64,000 nt of DNA from a virus. The stretch is from IMG/VR virus record IMGVR_UViG_3300027741_000048, positions 1 to 64,000 of that record. One strand, given 5' to 3'. The first letter of the stretch is position 1. Each line of letters starts with the position of its first letter. This document shows, piece after piece, positions 30,871-40,939 of this stretch. Under the pieces are notes generated by a model, which was not told the origin of the DNA, did not search any database, and saw only the letters and a program-made list of their open reading frames with translations. Made by a program: the position numbers and the translations under genes.

Positions 30871-32067
30871 TTAGCCTCCGCCAAGAGTACCAGCTTCAAC
30901 GACATTATGGTTAGTTATAAGGTGTTGCATGAAGTTTTTACTATTAGCAGTCATACTTTTTAATGAAATGCGCACTTTATAAGCATCTGGTATAATTGCT
31001 GTAATCTGTGATATATAAGCTGTTGTGCTAAGGTATTCACCGATTAAATCGCCAGCAAATTCTGAAAATGTATTACTTGATGGCACTTTTATAATCATCT
31101 CGCGACGCGATCCTACAAAATCGACCGTCAAGCCTGTTACATAGCAGAATGGGAAGAACTTAACACCCGGTACTTCAACTTGATAGATAACCGGTTGATC
31201 GACTGTATTGTTACTTGTCTTACCAGGACGATTTTGATATAATAATAAGAAAAGAAGTTGCCAGTTTCTTACAACGTCATCATATGTTACAGATCCCGTA
31301 TTAATAAGTGGGAATTCAATATTAATATCCTCACCTTCAGACGGGTAATTATAGAATTTAGTTTTTTCTATATATGTAATTTGTGATGGATTATTAATTG
31401 ATGCAGCTACTTCTGCGAATTCTGTAATATAACCTGCGGCTTGACCAAGAAGACCTTGTACACCACCGAGATTAGCAGCATCAGAAAACGCATTTGCTTG
31501 TTGTGCGTGATTATTATCGAAATAAGGTAGCTTATAAACCCACCCTGTTGGATCCGTTAAATATAAATTTTGATAAGGTTGTAGCCAATAACTTGATGTT
31601 ACGGTAGGGTTGTTATCATCACCGTAACCGGAAATATTTCCAGCGATATTGTTTATTGTCTGCACACCTAATTGCGCGAGGTTACCGGCACCTTGGATGA
31701 ATCCTTTAATGGTTGGGTTAGTTGTATATGACTCTAAATTACTGACCGTTTGATCTATTCCATTGGATGCCTGACCGAGGGAATATTTTAATTGGCTTAT
31801 AAGAGCGTTTGTTCTGAGTTTTCTTTCGGTTAATAAAATATATGGTACTTCTTGTCTATTAAGATTTGAGTACGTCCAATAAAAACTATTAACAACATCA
31901 ACTAAATTTGATGTCTTTAGGGTATTTACCGTTGCATTGTTTGCGCCTATGCTTGCAGGTACAATTGTCGGTAATGTAACGGTGTTAGCGTTTGTTAAAT
32001 CATTAAGACTTATAGAGCTAGTAATGCTCGCTGGTGTATCGGTAAATGTCCATAAATAATTGGCCAT
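30871..32067 (-). CDS. Baseplate-tail tube junction protein (gp48/gp54-like)
   Basis: Position between tape measure and gp53; tube-fold-like FCYVTGLTVDF...YKVRISLKSM. Confidence 0.5.
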   Translation of the reverse strand: MANYLWTFTDTPASITSSISLNDLTNANTVTLPTIVPASIGANNATVNTLKTSNLVDVVNSFYWTYSNLNRQEVPYILLTERKLRTNALISQLKYSLGQASNGIDQTVSNLESYTTNPTIKGFIQGAGNLAQLGVQTINNIAGNISGYGDDNNPTVTSSYWLQPYQNLYLTDPTGWVYKLPYFDNNHAQQANAFSDAANLGGVQGLLGQAAGYITEFAEVAASINNPSQITYIEKTKFYNYPSEGEDINIEFPLINTGSVTYDDVVRNWQLLFLLLYQNRPGKTSNNTVDQPVIYQVEVPGVKFFPFCYVTGLTVDFVGSRREMIIKVPSSNTFSEFAGDLIGEYLSTTAYISQITAIIPDAYKVRISLKSMTANSKNFMQHLITNHNVVEAGTLGGG

Positions 32068-32084
32068 AATATTATTTAATTACA

Positions 32085-34706
32085 TTACGCTAGTACCGAT
32101 TGTCTAAACATAGTACTGGTCATAGGTGTGGTGTTAAAGTTTGTTGGGCTATTGACCGTACTGACATTAACAGTACTATTACTTTCAAGATTTTGTATGA
32201 CGTCTATTAACTGCTTTGTATATTTTGCGGTTTGTTTTTGATACTCAAGCATGCTTTTCAAGAAGTTTGTATGCTGTTTGAGAGCTGTATGCATTCCGTC
32301 TAAATTATCACTATCTTGCTCACCCGTGTCATCGTCCTGTTGCTTTGTTGAGTAATCATTTTGCGTATTCGGTGTAACGCGTGCTACCCATAAAGGGCGT
32401 GTTGTTGAAGCTTCATCATCATCTTCAATAGCATGTGTAAAGTTTGTTGGTGGTTGAGATGCTGCTGGTAACACCGCGGGCGATGGTTGCGCCGATGCAT
32501 TAGCTGTTGAATTCTGCTGCTGCGGTGCAACAGGGACCTGTACAGGTGTATTAGAGGGTAGAGTTTGTGGCGGCGGTGTAGCTGTTGACTGAGTGACAGA
32601 AATGCCTAACAGCTTTGCTACTTGTGATTTTAAACTCCATGGTCCGACCTTAATGTCAGGTACCATATCGAGCACAGCACGGAACAAGCTATCTTTCATG
32701 TTATCGAAAAAGCTTGTTATACCTGACGTTACATCAACCGTAGCTGCTTTTGCACCGTTAGCAATGAGACCACCTATATATTGTAATGGTGTTATAGCTT
32801 CACCGAGAAAGCCGAGCACATCGCCCCACTTACCATCCGCAATAGCTTCACCTGCTTTAATTATAGGACCTATAATAGGTATCATCTTTGCTTTATCATA
32901 CAGCCAAGATGCTACGTTACTAATAATATCTCCTGCAGCTACAGCTGCTGAAGCTACAACAGGGCTAGCTTTTTCATAAAGCCAACTCAAACCTTGCCCG
33001 AGAGGCTCAATTGCATCTCCAAGATTAGATAACGCTGCATCCCAATTACCATTAAACAACGATTCACCCGCTTTAATTAACGGGCCAATAATAGGCACAA
33101 GTTTAGCTTTTTCATAAAGCCATTTTCCGACACCGAGAGTAAAATTACCTATGGCAGTTGCTGTAGACATAGCGCCTTCCGTTATAGTTTCACGGTTATC
33201 TACAAGCCAATTAACAACTGACTTAAGACCCGACTTTGTATATACGTTGCCGAGGTAACCAAGAACTTTATCCCATTTACCTTCGCCAATCGCGCTACCC
33301 ATTTTAATCAATGAACCAATAACAGGCATATCTTTTACTTTATCATATATCCAGTTACCTATATCCTTTATTATGGATAGCTTCTTTGCAGATCTTTCCT
33401 TGCCTGTTCCTTCACCAGCCTTAAAATCTAAAAATGCATTAAACGCATCCAAGCCAATTGACAATACTGTGCCGAGTCCTGGTACAACAAAATCAATTAA
33501 ATTAACCATTGCTGAAAGTGTATCAATAATACCACCAACTGTATCTCCTGAAGTAAAGCGTGACCACGCAAACGAGAGGCTCAGAATTGTACCAATAATA
33601 GGTATGTGCTTGAGAACGTTCTTGCCAAAAAATTTAGAAAGCATTTTAAGAGCAATAGAAAAACCACCTTTTGCAAATATTTTCTCCAATCCTTTGAGCG
33701 GACCTGATTCGAATAAACCACCAATAAACGATACCAAACCACCGATAAGAGCTCCTGCCCCTAATAATAAAGGCATTAGCTTTTTCCACCATGGTTCGTC
33801 TTTTTTTTCTTCCTTTTTATTTAAACTGTTTGATAAAATTTTTTCTAAATTATCGTTGGTAGCTTCATTTCCTTCAATTAAACGCTTTACATTATCACCA
33901 AATAAATTTTCTAAGAAAACTCTTGTTTCGCTTGGAAAGAGAACATTAATTTCTTCATGATGATACGGTGATGTATTTGTAGCTTCAGCTTTTTTAGATG
34001 TTGTTTTTAGTTGCTCTTTTGTATCGTCGTTTTTATTGAATAATCTTGTTACTGGTGCTAGTAAATTACTAATTAAAGATTTATTATTTTCTTCTACCGG
34101 CTTAACATCCTTTTTTATTTGTTTGTCTGTTTCTGTATTAGTTTTTCCGCTAATTTTTTCTATTCTTTTTTCGTCATATTCTCTTGCTGATCTTTCTTTA
34201 GATGTTTGAGATTTATTGTTTATTGCTGCAGCAACATCAGAAAGCGTACCTTCAAAGAATTTCTTTGTTTCAGGTGATAGTGTAATACCTGTATGTTCTT
34301 TTGCTTTATTAGTTGCGTCAACAACTCGCACAGGTAAAACTTTTAAGCTGCTTGGAATATTAGCTAAAGACGATGAAACTAATTTAATTTCCTGTAAGCC
34401 ATTATTAGATTTATCTTCTTTTTTTATTTGCGTTGTTTCGCTTTTAGAGGGTGCTGTGGCGTTCTTGCTATCGCTTTTTTTAAAAAAAGATTTAAGTTCA
34501 GAAAATTTTTGATTAGTGTCATTATGACGCTCTGTTAAAGCATCAATTTTTTGGCCGATAAAGCTTTGTAGCTTATCAAGTGACTGCTTTTGTGTAGACA
34601 ATAGTCTTTCAAGACCCTTTTCAAACGCTTGAAAGGTATCGTCTTTGTGTATCCCGAGAGAATCGGATACAGCGGCTTGAAACTGTTCAAATGTGATACC
34701 ATCCAT
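32085..34706 (-). CDS. Tape measure protein (gp29-like)
   Basis: 873 aa, helical, with a central hydrophobic Gly-rich segment (KHIPIIGTILSL) and internal repeats; lies in the tail module. Confidence 0.7.
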   Translation of the reverse strand: MDGITFEQFQAAVSDSLGIHKDDTFQAFEKGLERLLSTQKQSLDKLQSFIGQKIDALTERHNDTNQKFSELKSFFKKSDSKNATAPSKSETTQIKKEDKSNNGLQEIKLVSSSLANIPSSLKVLPVRVVDATNKAKEHTGITLSPETKKFFEGTLSDVAAAINNKSQTSKERSAREYDEKRIEKISGKTNTETDKQIKKDVKPVEENNKSLISNLLAPVTRLFNKNDDTKEQLKTTSKKAEATNTSPYHHEEINVLFPSETRVFLENLFGDNVKRLIEGNEATNDNLEKILSNSLNKKEEKKDEPWWKKLMPLLLGAGALIGGLVSFIGGLFESGPLKGLEKIFAKGGFSIALKMLSKFFGKNVLKHIPIIGTILSLSFAWSRFTSGDTVGGIIDTLSAMVNLIDFVVPGLGTVLSIGLDAFNAFLDFKAGEGTGKERSAKKLSIIKDIGNWIYDKVKDMPVIGSLIKMGSAIGEGKWDKVLGYLGNVYTKSGLKSVVNWLVDNRETITEGAMSTATAIGNFTLGVGKWLYEKAKLVPIIGPLIKAGESLFNGNWDAALSNLGDAIEPLGQGLSWLYEKASPVVASAAVAAGDIISNVASWLYDKAKMIPIIGPIIKAGEAIADGKWGDVLGFLGEAITPLQYIGGLIANGAKAATVDVTSGITSFFDNMKDSLFRAVLDMVPDIKVGPWSLKSQVAKLLGISVTQSTATPPPQTLPSNTPVQVPVAPQQQNSTANASAQPSPAVLPAASQPPTNFTHAIEDDDEASTTRPLWVARVTPNTQNDYSTKQQDDDTGEQDSDNLDGMHTALKQHTNFLKSMLEYQKQTAKYTKQLIDVIQNLESNSTVNVSTVNSPTNFNTTPMTSTMFRQSVLA
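32790..33365 (-). repeat. Three degenerate ~75-aa repeats in the tape measure protein
   Basis: WIYDKVKDMPVIGSLIK..GKW / WLYEKAKLVPIIGPLIK..GNW / WLYDKAKMIPIIGPIIK..GKW. Confidence 0.8.
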
Positions 34707-34739
34707 CTAGTATATTTATCTAGAAAGATGAGAGATAGC

Positions 34740-35501
34740 CTATACGCTAAAAAAGCTACCGTCGATCTCAACACTCGAATCATCAAGCGTTGTAAATTTA
34801 TTTTCCAGGTCTCTATAAGTTTTAATAAACTCAAGAACTTTATTAGTTAATGTTGAGGGAAACTTTTCTACAATGGCTATTCTATCGTCAATTTTTAGCT
34901 CCGAAAATACTGACGTATGTTCTGTATCTTCTACTGTTACTGTAACGGATTGAATAAATTTTATTATTTCGTGTATAAAAAGCTCTCCAACAAGGCCTTT
35001 AATGTCACGTTCTTGTGTAGTTTTTAGCTTATTAATTGTTGCTATACTTGTGTCACGATCTACACCAAGCTGTGCTGCTTTTAGTTCAACACGAAGACTA
35101 TCTACTGTAATAGTTGTAAATAGGCTTTCTTCTTGTATTGTAATATTTGGAATGGAATTAATAAGATCGATGAGATTGATCTCTACGTCTTTTGTTTTAT
35201 AAATTTCGTTAAGACCATGTGCACGTAGTGTCAGAGCAATAACATTACGATCAAATGTGTACAGTGAATTGATGTCAACGTTTTCGAGATTATTTTCTTC
35301 AATAATTTTGTAAAACGCAGTAATAAAGGCTAATTTAGTAAGCGTTTCATCAACAGATGATTTTAAGAGTTCCTTTTGCTGCTTAAGGTTTAAGGTCTTA
35401 AATTTTGCTATTTTCTTAAGAGAAGGTATGTATACACTGATGCCTGTTGATTTATTAATCGCATCTAGCTGTTTTAAAACGTCGTTTACGTTGTTGCTCA
35501 T
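34740..35501 (-). CDS. Baseplate hub assembly protein (gp26-like)
   Basis: VYIPSLKK..FKTLNLKQQKELL..LYTFDRNVIALTLRA; ends DGSFF. Confidence 0.7.
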   Translation of the reverse strand: MSNNVNDVLKQLDAINKSTGISVYIPSLKKIAKFKTLNLKQQKELLKSSVDETLTKLAFITAFYKIIEENNLENVDINSLYTFDRNVIALTLRAHGLNEIYKTKDVEINLIDLINSIPNITIQEESLFTTITVDSLRVELKAAQLGVDRDTSIATINKLKTTQERDIKGLVGELFIHEIIKFIQSVTVTVEDTEHTSVFSELKIDDRIAIVEKFPSTLTNKVLEFIKTYRDLENKFTTLDDSSVEIDGSFFSV

Positions 35502-35513
35502 ATAGATATATAA

Positions 35514-36392
35514 TCAGGGATGGCCAAGATTCAATGGTTGCTGTGCGTTTTGCGCGTTTTTCTCTTCTTTCTTTTCGTCTCTATATAGGTTAATGTATGT
35601 AAGTAACTCCGCTGGTGTTGAATATTTTACTAAGCTATAGCTCATATTTAGTTTATGAATTAATGAGTATTCAAGCTCGTACACTGATAATAGATCTCGC
35701 TTAAAACATAACTTTAAAAATTCTATAGTTGAACCAGTGAAGATATTAAGAGGTATTTTTATTATCGGTTTTTGACTGCCGAATGGAGAGCGTATATCGA
35801 GGATATATATATCTTCTAATTGCTTATTAAAATCAAGTAAGTAGTTATTAATGTCGTTTAGTACATTAATAGGTAATTGATCTATAATTTGATTTGTGCA
35901 AACAATCTCTTTATTGCGAATGTGTATGCGCTTAATTAATGTCTTAAGTAAATCATCCTCAGTTGGCGTTATTAGTGTATTGGGCATACCAAGAGTTATA
36001 GAGAGCCCGTTGTCGTAAGTTTTTACATACTTAAAGATATCATCTTTTAAGTTGAGTGTCTGTAATTTATCAATAATATCAGAGATACTAGCAGTATATT
36101 TGAAGGTACTTTTTGTCTCCGGACATGTAACAGTTAGTTCAAGATCAGGTGCGATGCAAACTGCACGAATTGTTAATAATAATATAATTTTATCTAAAAA
36201 CGAATACGCAATTGTATTAAATTTATTGCTACAAAGAGAATTTAGTATGTTATTAAAGAAATTAGCGATAATTTGATTGTTATCATTTGTAATACACTTC
36301 ACTAAATGTTTATATACGTGAAAATGTAGCTCTTTAATCTCTTCTACACGATTTTCACTAGGTAGACTTACCGTATACGTAAATTGTGACAC
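35514..36392 (-). CDS. Second gp26-like baseplate hub protein, possibly with a gp51-like C-terminus
   Basis: FLDKIILLLTIRAVCI..LELTVTCP; C-terminal LLSVYELEYSLIHKLNMSY..STPAEL..YINL. Confidence 0.65.
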   Translation of the reverse strand: MSQFTYTVSLPSENRVEEIKELHFHVYKHLVKCITNDNNQIIANFFNNILNSLCSNKFNTIAYSFLDKIILLLTIRAVCIAPDLELTVTCPETKSTFKYTASISDIIDKLQTLNLKDDIFKYVKTYDNGLSITLGMPNTLITPTEDDLLKTLIKRIHIRNKEIVCTNQIIDQLPINVLNDINNYLLDFNKQLEDIYILDIRSPFGSQKPIIKIPLNIFTGSTIEFLKLCFKRDLLSVYELEYSLIHKLNMSYSLVKYSTPAELLTYINLYRDEKKEEKNAQNAQQPLNLGHP

Positions 36393-36424
36393 AGATTATT
36401 TAGAATTTACTATATATAAATCAA

Positions 36425-37330
36425 TTACCCTAGTATAGATGTTAATCTTTGACCTGAAAATAGACTTGGATTGAGTATTGATGGTACACCGCTTGTCTTA
36501 AATTGATTGATTATATCAATAATCGGTAGATAAAGACCGTTAGATACTGTATAATTCGAATAAGTCCACCGTGTATTGTAGTTCATTAGCTTTTCTTCTG
36601 TATATTCGAGTGTCTCTTCATTGATATTGAAGGGTACGCAATTGTAAAAATGCCAGGCTTTACGTGGTGTCTGTGATACACCCGCACGTGTACGTGTATA
36701 TTGCATAATGTGCATGTTTGTCTTCATGTTTTTTAACGCCTCTACAGGATTATTGGGGTCTCGCGCTACGTAACCGTAGTGAGATGCTAAAATGATCCAA
36801 GGTCTTACAACAAAGTCAATAAAAGATGTGTTAGTCTCTCTAAATTGTACATCAATAACGGGTGCTTCACGTTTTCTACCGCCAGCGAGTACACCAGGTA
36901 GAAAGCCTCTGTTGTTTTCTACAGAAATTTGCTCAACATCATAGCTTTCATTAGGTATAGTAACAGAGCTTGCAAAAAGACAGCCTATAATTCGTTGAGC
37001 TGGTGATGATGTTAATATATTAATAGCATTATCAATATCAAAACCAGTTTTTGATCCATCTATACGCTCTAATCCTTGTATAATTGATGTCTGAAGACCG
37101 GCTGGGTAGCTATCAAATAATAAAATCCACTGCGTAGACATAGGAATCGCTGTAAACCAGGATTCCATTTGCGTGAGAAAATAATCTCTGGTACTTACAA
37201 CCGGTAGGGCAGGTAAATTAAACCCAAATAGGTTCGCAAATTGCGGTTGAGATAGAGGATTTGAACCTGTAGCAAGGCCTACTATATTCTGACCAAGACT
37301 TGCTAGTGTACTGGTTATCGGATCGATCAC
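36425..37330 (-). CDS. Tail tube-like protein (gp54-like)
   Basis: Tube-fold motifs ASSVTIP, VQFRET, WHFYNCVPFNI; adjacent to gp19. Confidence 0.6.
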   Translation of the reverse strand: MIDPITSTLASLGQNIVGLATGSNPLSQPQFANLFGFNLPALPVVSTRDYFLTQMESWFTAIPMSTQWILLFDSYPAGLQTSIIQGLERIDGSKTGFDIDNAINILTSSPAQRIIGCLFASSVTIPNESYDVEQISVENNRGFLPGVLAGGRKREAPVIDVQFRETNTSFIDFVVRPWIILASHYGYVARDPNNPVEALKNMKTNMHIMQYTRTRAGVSQTPRKAWHFYNCVPFNINEETLEYTEEKLMNYNTRWTYSNYTVSNGLYLPIIDIINQFKTSGVPSILNPSLFSGQRLTSILG

Positions 37331-37364
37331 TTAATTATTTAAGCGATTGCTTTATTTTTACTAT

Positions 37365-37928
37365 TTACTGCCGTCTTGTAAAGTAATGATACGCCATTGT
37401 AGCGGTGAACTCAATCGTTTGACCTGTTCCGGCGGCCATTGAGTATGTAAGTGCACCAACAGAACGTGGCGAGGCACCTACGAGGCTGTATTGAGCGATA
37501 CGATTCAGTTGGTTATCAACTTGCAAGAGTGTGATAATTGATGTTTGCTTTGGTGTTAGGTAGTCACCTGTACTATTTGCATCATCAAATGTATAGCGTG
37601 ACCAATCTTCAAATTTCTGTCTAATTAAGGAATTAGCATCAGCATAAAACGTAATACTATAGCCTTCTGAACCAGGATAAACAGCATTACCGGGCATGTT
37701 GAAGTTGAGACCCATATACGGTACAGGTACGTTCGTTATCGCGCGTTCAGGTAGGGTTGCTGTTTTTGCATAGATGAGATCATCTTCATTAAAAGTTATG
37801 ATCTGTCCAGCTGCGTTAGTAGCACCACCTGTGTTTATGGAGAGTACGCGAAAATTAAAATCACGGGAAAACTCTCTTGTAGCTGCTATTCTATAGAAAT
37901 TTTGAATCGTTTGGTTTGTATCAGCCAT
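37365..37928 (-). CDS. gp19: Tail tube protein (T4 gp19-like)
   Basis: AKTATLP..VPVPYMG..PG..ITFYAD..IRQKFEDW..GASPRSVG..EFTATMAY; directly downstream of the sheath. Confidence 0.88.
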   Translation of the reverse strand: MADTNQTIQNFYRIAATREFSRDFNFRVLSINTGGATNAAGQIITFNEDDLIYAKTATLPERAITNVPVPYMGLNFNMPGNAVYPGSEGYSITFYADANSLIRQKFEDWSRYTFDDANSTGDYLTPKQTSIITLLQVDNQLNRIAQYSLVGASPRSVGALTYSMAAGTGQTIEFTATMAYHYFTRRQ

Positions 37929-37960
37929 AGTATGTAATTATTTAGTTGTTAGTAATATGA

Positions 37961-40282
37961 TTATCCTGTAATTTCAGCGAAGTTTTGATCTGTTCTTGTT
38001 GCATAGAAGTTAACAAGAATAAACTCTGCTGTTCTTGTCGGCTTGAGGTAGATGTCAACGACTAATGTGTTATCATCTATAACAGCCGGTGGGTTATTAC
38101 GTTCATCGCATACGATTAAGAAGTCGTATAGACCGTTTGTATTCTTCGCATTCGTAAAGATTGGTGCGAGTGTGTTGACAACTTGTGTTCTTGTGAACAG
38201 CGTATTTGGCTCAAATACGAATTGACGTATTGTGTTATTTGTCTGCTGTTCGAGTGTTAGGAACAATCTACGTACGTTAATGCGATCAAATGCGCTTGGT
38301 TGTTTGAGTGATGTCTTCTGGCCAAAAACCACATATCCTTCGTTAGGGAGATTCACGACAGGGTTGAGTGATATCTTATAGAGAAGATCGCGCTCTGATT
38401 GCTTCGGATAAACGGCGAGATCTGTAATACCGTTCACAACGCCTCTTGTTACACCTGCTGGTGCGTACCATGGATGTGCATTGCTATCGACGTTAGCCAT
38501 GATCGAAGCGGCAAATCCAGAGAACGGTACCCATATAAGGCCATTAGTTGAAGAATCTGCAACTTGTACGCAATTTGCGTATACAGCTGTATAGCTATTA
38601 TTTAGCCAGCTAAACTGATTACGTAGAGGCCAATAGATGTTATTTGAGAAGTTTAAGGTTGGATTACTAAGAGTCTTGACGTTGTTTTCAACAAAAATAT
38701 TAGTTAATGGATCGGCGATGAATAGGTGATCTTTGCGGCGATTTGCTGCGAAGTTAATAAACTCATCTGCAACAGCTCTATAATCAAGAATAATTTTTGC
38801 AGGTGTTGCGTTATCATCTTGCGTATAGGCGTCAATAAGATTAGGATATGGCACTGTATCATCAAAACAGCCTGATGTAGTTGCAGTGTTTGAATTTGCA
38901 TAGATGGTACCTAGCCCTGCCTCTGCTACAATAGTTAGTGGGTATAATTCGGTGTTTTCAATCGTATCTAACAATCTCGACACCTTGCCAGGAACGTTGC
39001 CAATAACTTTTGTTGTTAAGTCGACGGAGTTGTAATCGCCGAGTGCGACTAGTTTATCTGTTGTACCGTATGCGTTGATTAAGTTTGCATAAACTGCTGC
39101 ACTACATCCTCCATATACAGCGAATGTTGAGAGAGGTATATTATCGGTTAACCGATTCTTATTAAGAAAACGTACGGATTTTGTTGGCTTACCGTTATTG
39201 TCGAGCCAGGTGCCGACGTTTTGATTTGAGATATACGGATTAACGAACACTTCAATATTTTTTGACGTATCGGTAATATCACCGACGAAAAAGCTTTGTG
39301 CAGGTCCGCCTTGGGAAGAGTTAATCTTTCTGTAGTAATCAAGTGAACCTGTATATCCTTCTTGTAAGGTATAACCGAGCGTTGTTGCATCCGGTGTATA
39401 TCTAGATTTAGCTAATTTAAATACACCGATATTAATTGTATCGTTAAAGCCACTTACAGAAATATCAAAGGTATTGACATTTTCCATGACTTCGGAGATA
39501 CTCTTAGTCACTGATGCAGTCGCAGCTGAAAGGGTAAAGTCAAGTCTTGTTGTTGGTACGATACTATAACCACTATAGTTCTGGTTGCCGATAAATGTAT
39601 CCTGGGTGTTTACCGTATAAACACCTGAGAAGTCATTATAGGCAGGAGAAATAGGTCTCAACGCTGTATTATCGATAACGCCTAGATATGTACCTTCAAG
39701 AATATTATTAATTGAAGCTTGTGATTTATTTAAAACAATAAGACCGGCTTGGCCGAGACCGGTAACTGTGGTAAACGACGTTACGCCACCGCCATCTGTT
39801 GCCCATGTAAAGGCAGCGCCACGGCGAATATCTATTACCTGCTGCTGTGAGAGACGCACGTGTGTTGGTGCGCCGAAGTAATATGTAACGTTACCGCTTG
39901 TAGCTATAGCTGATGTGGAATATTGAAAATTTGTTGCTGTTACACCGTTCTGTAGTGAAACTGCAGGGTAAACAAGGGCACTATACTGTGTTGAAGTACC
40001 GATACCGAGGTCAGAGCCGTACGGTATGCGGTATGTTAATACGTTTGCTGTTGATTGAAATACTGCTTTCGCTGTTTGATAAAAATAACGTTCGGCTGCA
40101 TTTGTCGGTGTTCCATATATGTTTTCAAAATCACCAAGGGAATTTATATATGTTGGTGTCGATGCTGGTCCGCTGGGTGCAAACCCTGCGATAAAAACCG
40201 TCGTCGGTGAAGCAAGTTGTGCTCTTTGTGAAAAGTCAGTTTCTGTAAATTGTATACCGGGACTTTGAATTGTACGTGCCAT
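37961..40282 (-). CDS. gp18: Contractile tail sheath protein (T4 gp18-like)
   Basis: SPGIQFTETD; PWYAPAG.TRG; FGQKT..SAFDRINVRRLF; CDERNN; KPTRTAEFI. Confidence 0.96.
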   Translation of the reverse strand: MARTIQSPGIQFTETDFSQRAQLASPTTVFIAGFAPSGPASTPTYINSLGDFENIYGTPTNAAERYFYQTAKAVFQSTANVLTYRIPYGSDLGIGTSTQYSALVYPAVSLQNGVTATNFQYSTSAIATSGNVTYYFGAPTHVRLSQQQVIDIRRGAAFTWATDGGGVTSFTTVTGLGQAGLIVLNKSQASINNILEGTYLGVIDNTALRPISPAYNDFSGVYTVNTQDTFIGNQNYSGYSIVPTTRLDFTLSAATASVTKSISEVMENVNTFDISVSGFNDTINIGVFKLAKSRYTPDATTLGYTLQEGYTGSLDYYRKINSSQGGPAQSFFVGDITDTSKNIEVFVNPYISNQNVGTWLDNNGKPTKSVRFLNKNRLTDNIPLSTFAVYGGCSAAVYANLINAYGTTDKLVALGDYNSVDLTTKVIGNVPGKVSRLLDTIENTELYPLTIVAEAGLGTIYANSNTATTSGCFDDTVPYPNLIDAYTQDDNATPAKIILDYRAVADEFINFAANRRKDHLFIADPLTNIFVENNVKTLSNPTLNFSNNIYWPLRNQFSWLNNSYTAVYANCVQVADSSTNGLIWVPFSGFAASIMANVDSNAHPWYAPAGVTRGVVNGITDLAVYPKQSERDLLYKISLNPVVNLPNEGYVVFGQKTSLKQPSAFDRINVRRLFLTLEQQTNNTIRQFVFEPNTLFTRTQVVNTLAPIFTNAKNTNGLYDFLIVCDERNNPPAVIDDNTLVVDIYLKPTRTAEFILVNFYATRTDQNFAEITG

Positions 40283-40288
40283 ATAAAG

Positions 40289-40296
40289 TATTTATA
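40289..40296 (-). promoter_or_regulatory. T4-type late promoter TATAAATA
   Basis: Exact motif 6 nt before the sheath ATG. Confidence 0.75.
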
Positions 40297-40323
40297 AATT
40301 TTTGATTTAATTTTTTTTGGTTA

Positions 40324-40938
40324 TTAGAGATTTTCTATATCAGTTATCGGTGTAACTACAAGCTGAGAGTAGCTCATGGTAAATTTTGATTCAAGCTCTC
40401 CACCGTCTCTATGCGAGTAATTTATACCACCTAGTGCTATAGGAAACGCATTAGTATATTTAAATTCCACAACTCTCTTATTATATTCATCGAGTCCAAA
40501 AATTGAAACAGTCGCTTGATACTGAGAATGCAATGCTGTTGATGCTGGATCAATAGCAGATCTCGTTTGTAATGTTAATTTATTAACATCGTATAGTCCT
40601 GCTTCATCATTATTAAGCGTGTTAAGCCACGTGTATATAACCCAATAGTTGTTAAATCGGTTATCAACTGTAAAATTTATGTCAATAGGCGGGTACGGGT
40701 CTCTAGAGTGACTGGTTATATTAAGCGTCTGACCAGAAAAGCGAGTTGCAGTGGGAGGAATTGATATATCTGGTACTATAGCGCCAAAAATGGAAAACTG
40801 TAATGTATCAGGCATTATGCTTGTTAGATTTCGGTCAAACTTTGATGCAACCTGTTTTAAAGCAGTCGGGATATTCATGACAAATAAAAATTTGTCTTTT
40901 CTTGTCTTATTAAATGGACTCTGTGTGTATGTATTCAT
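40324..40938 (-). CDS. Tail tube terminator/completion protein (gp3-like)
   Basis: VPDISIP..PIDINFTVDNRFNNYWVIYTWL..FTNAFP-type (YTNAFPIALGGINY) signature. Confidence 0.7.
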   Translation of the reverse strand: MNTYTQSPFNKTRKDKFLFVMNIPTALKQVASKFDRNLTSIMPDTLQFSIFGAIVPDISIPPTATRFSGQTLNITSHSRDPYPPIDINFTVDNRFNNYWVIYTWLNTLNNDEAGLYDVNKLTLQTRSAIDPASTALHSQYQATVSIFGLDEYNKRVVEFKYTNAFPIALGGINYSHRDGGELESKFTMSYSQLVVTPITDIENL

Positions 40939-40939
40939 T

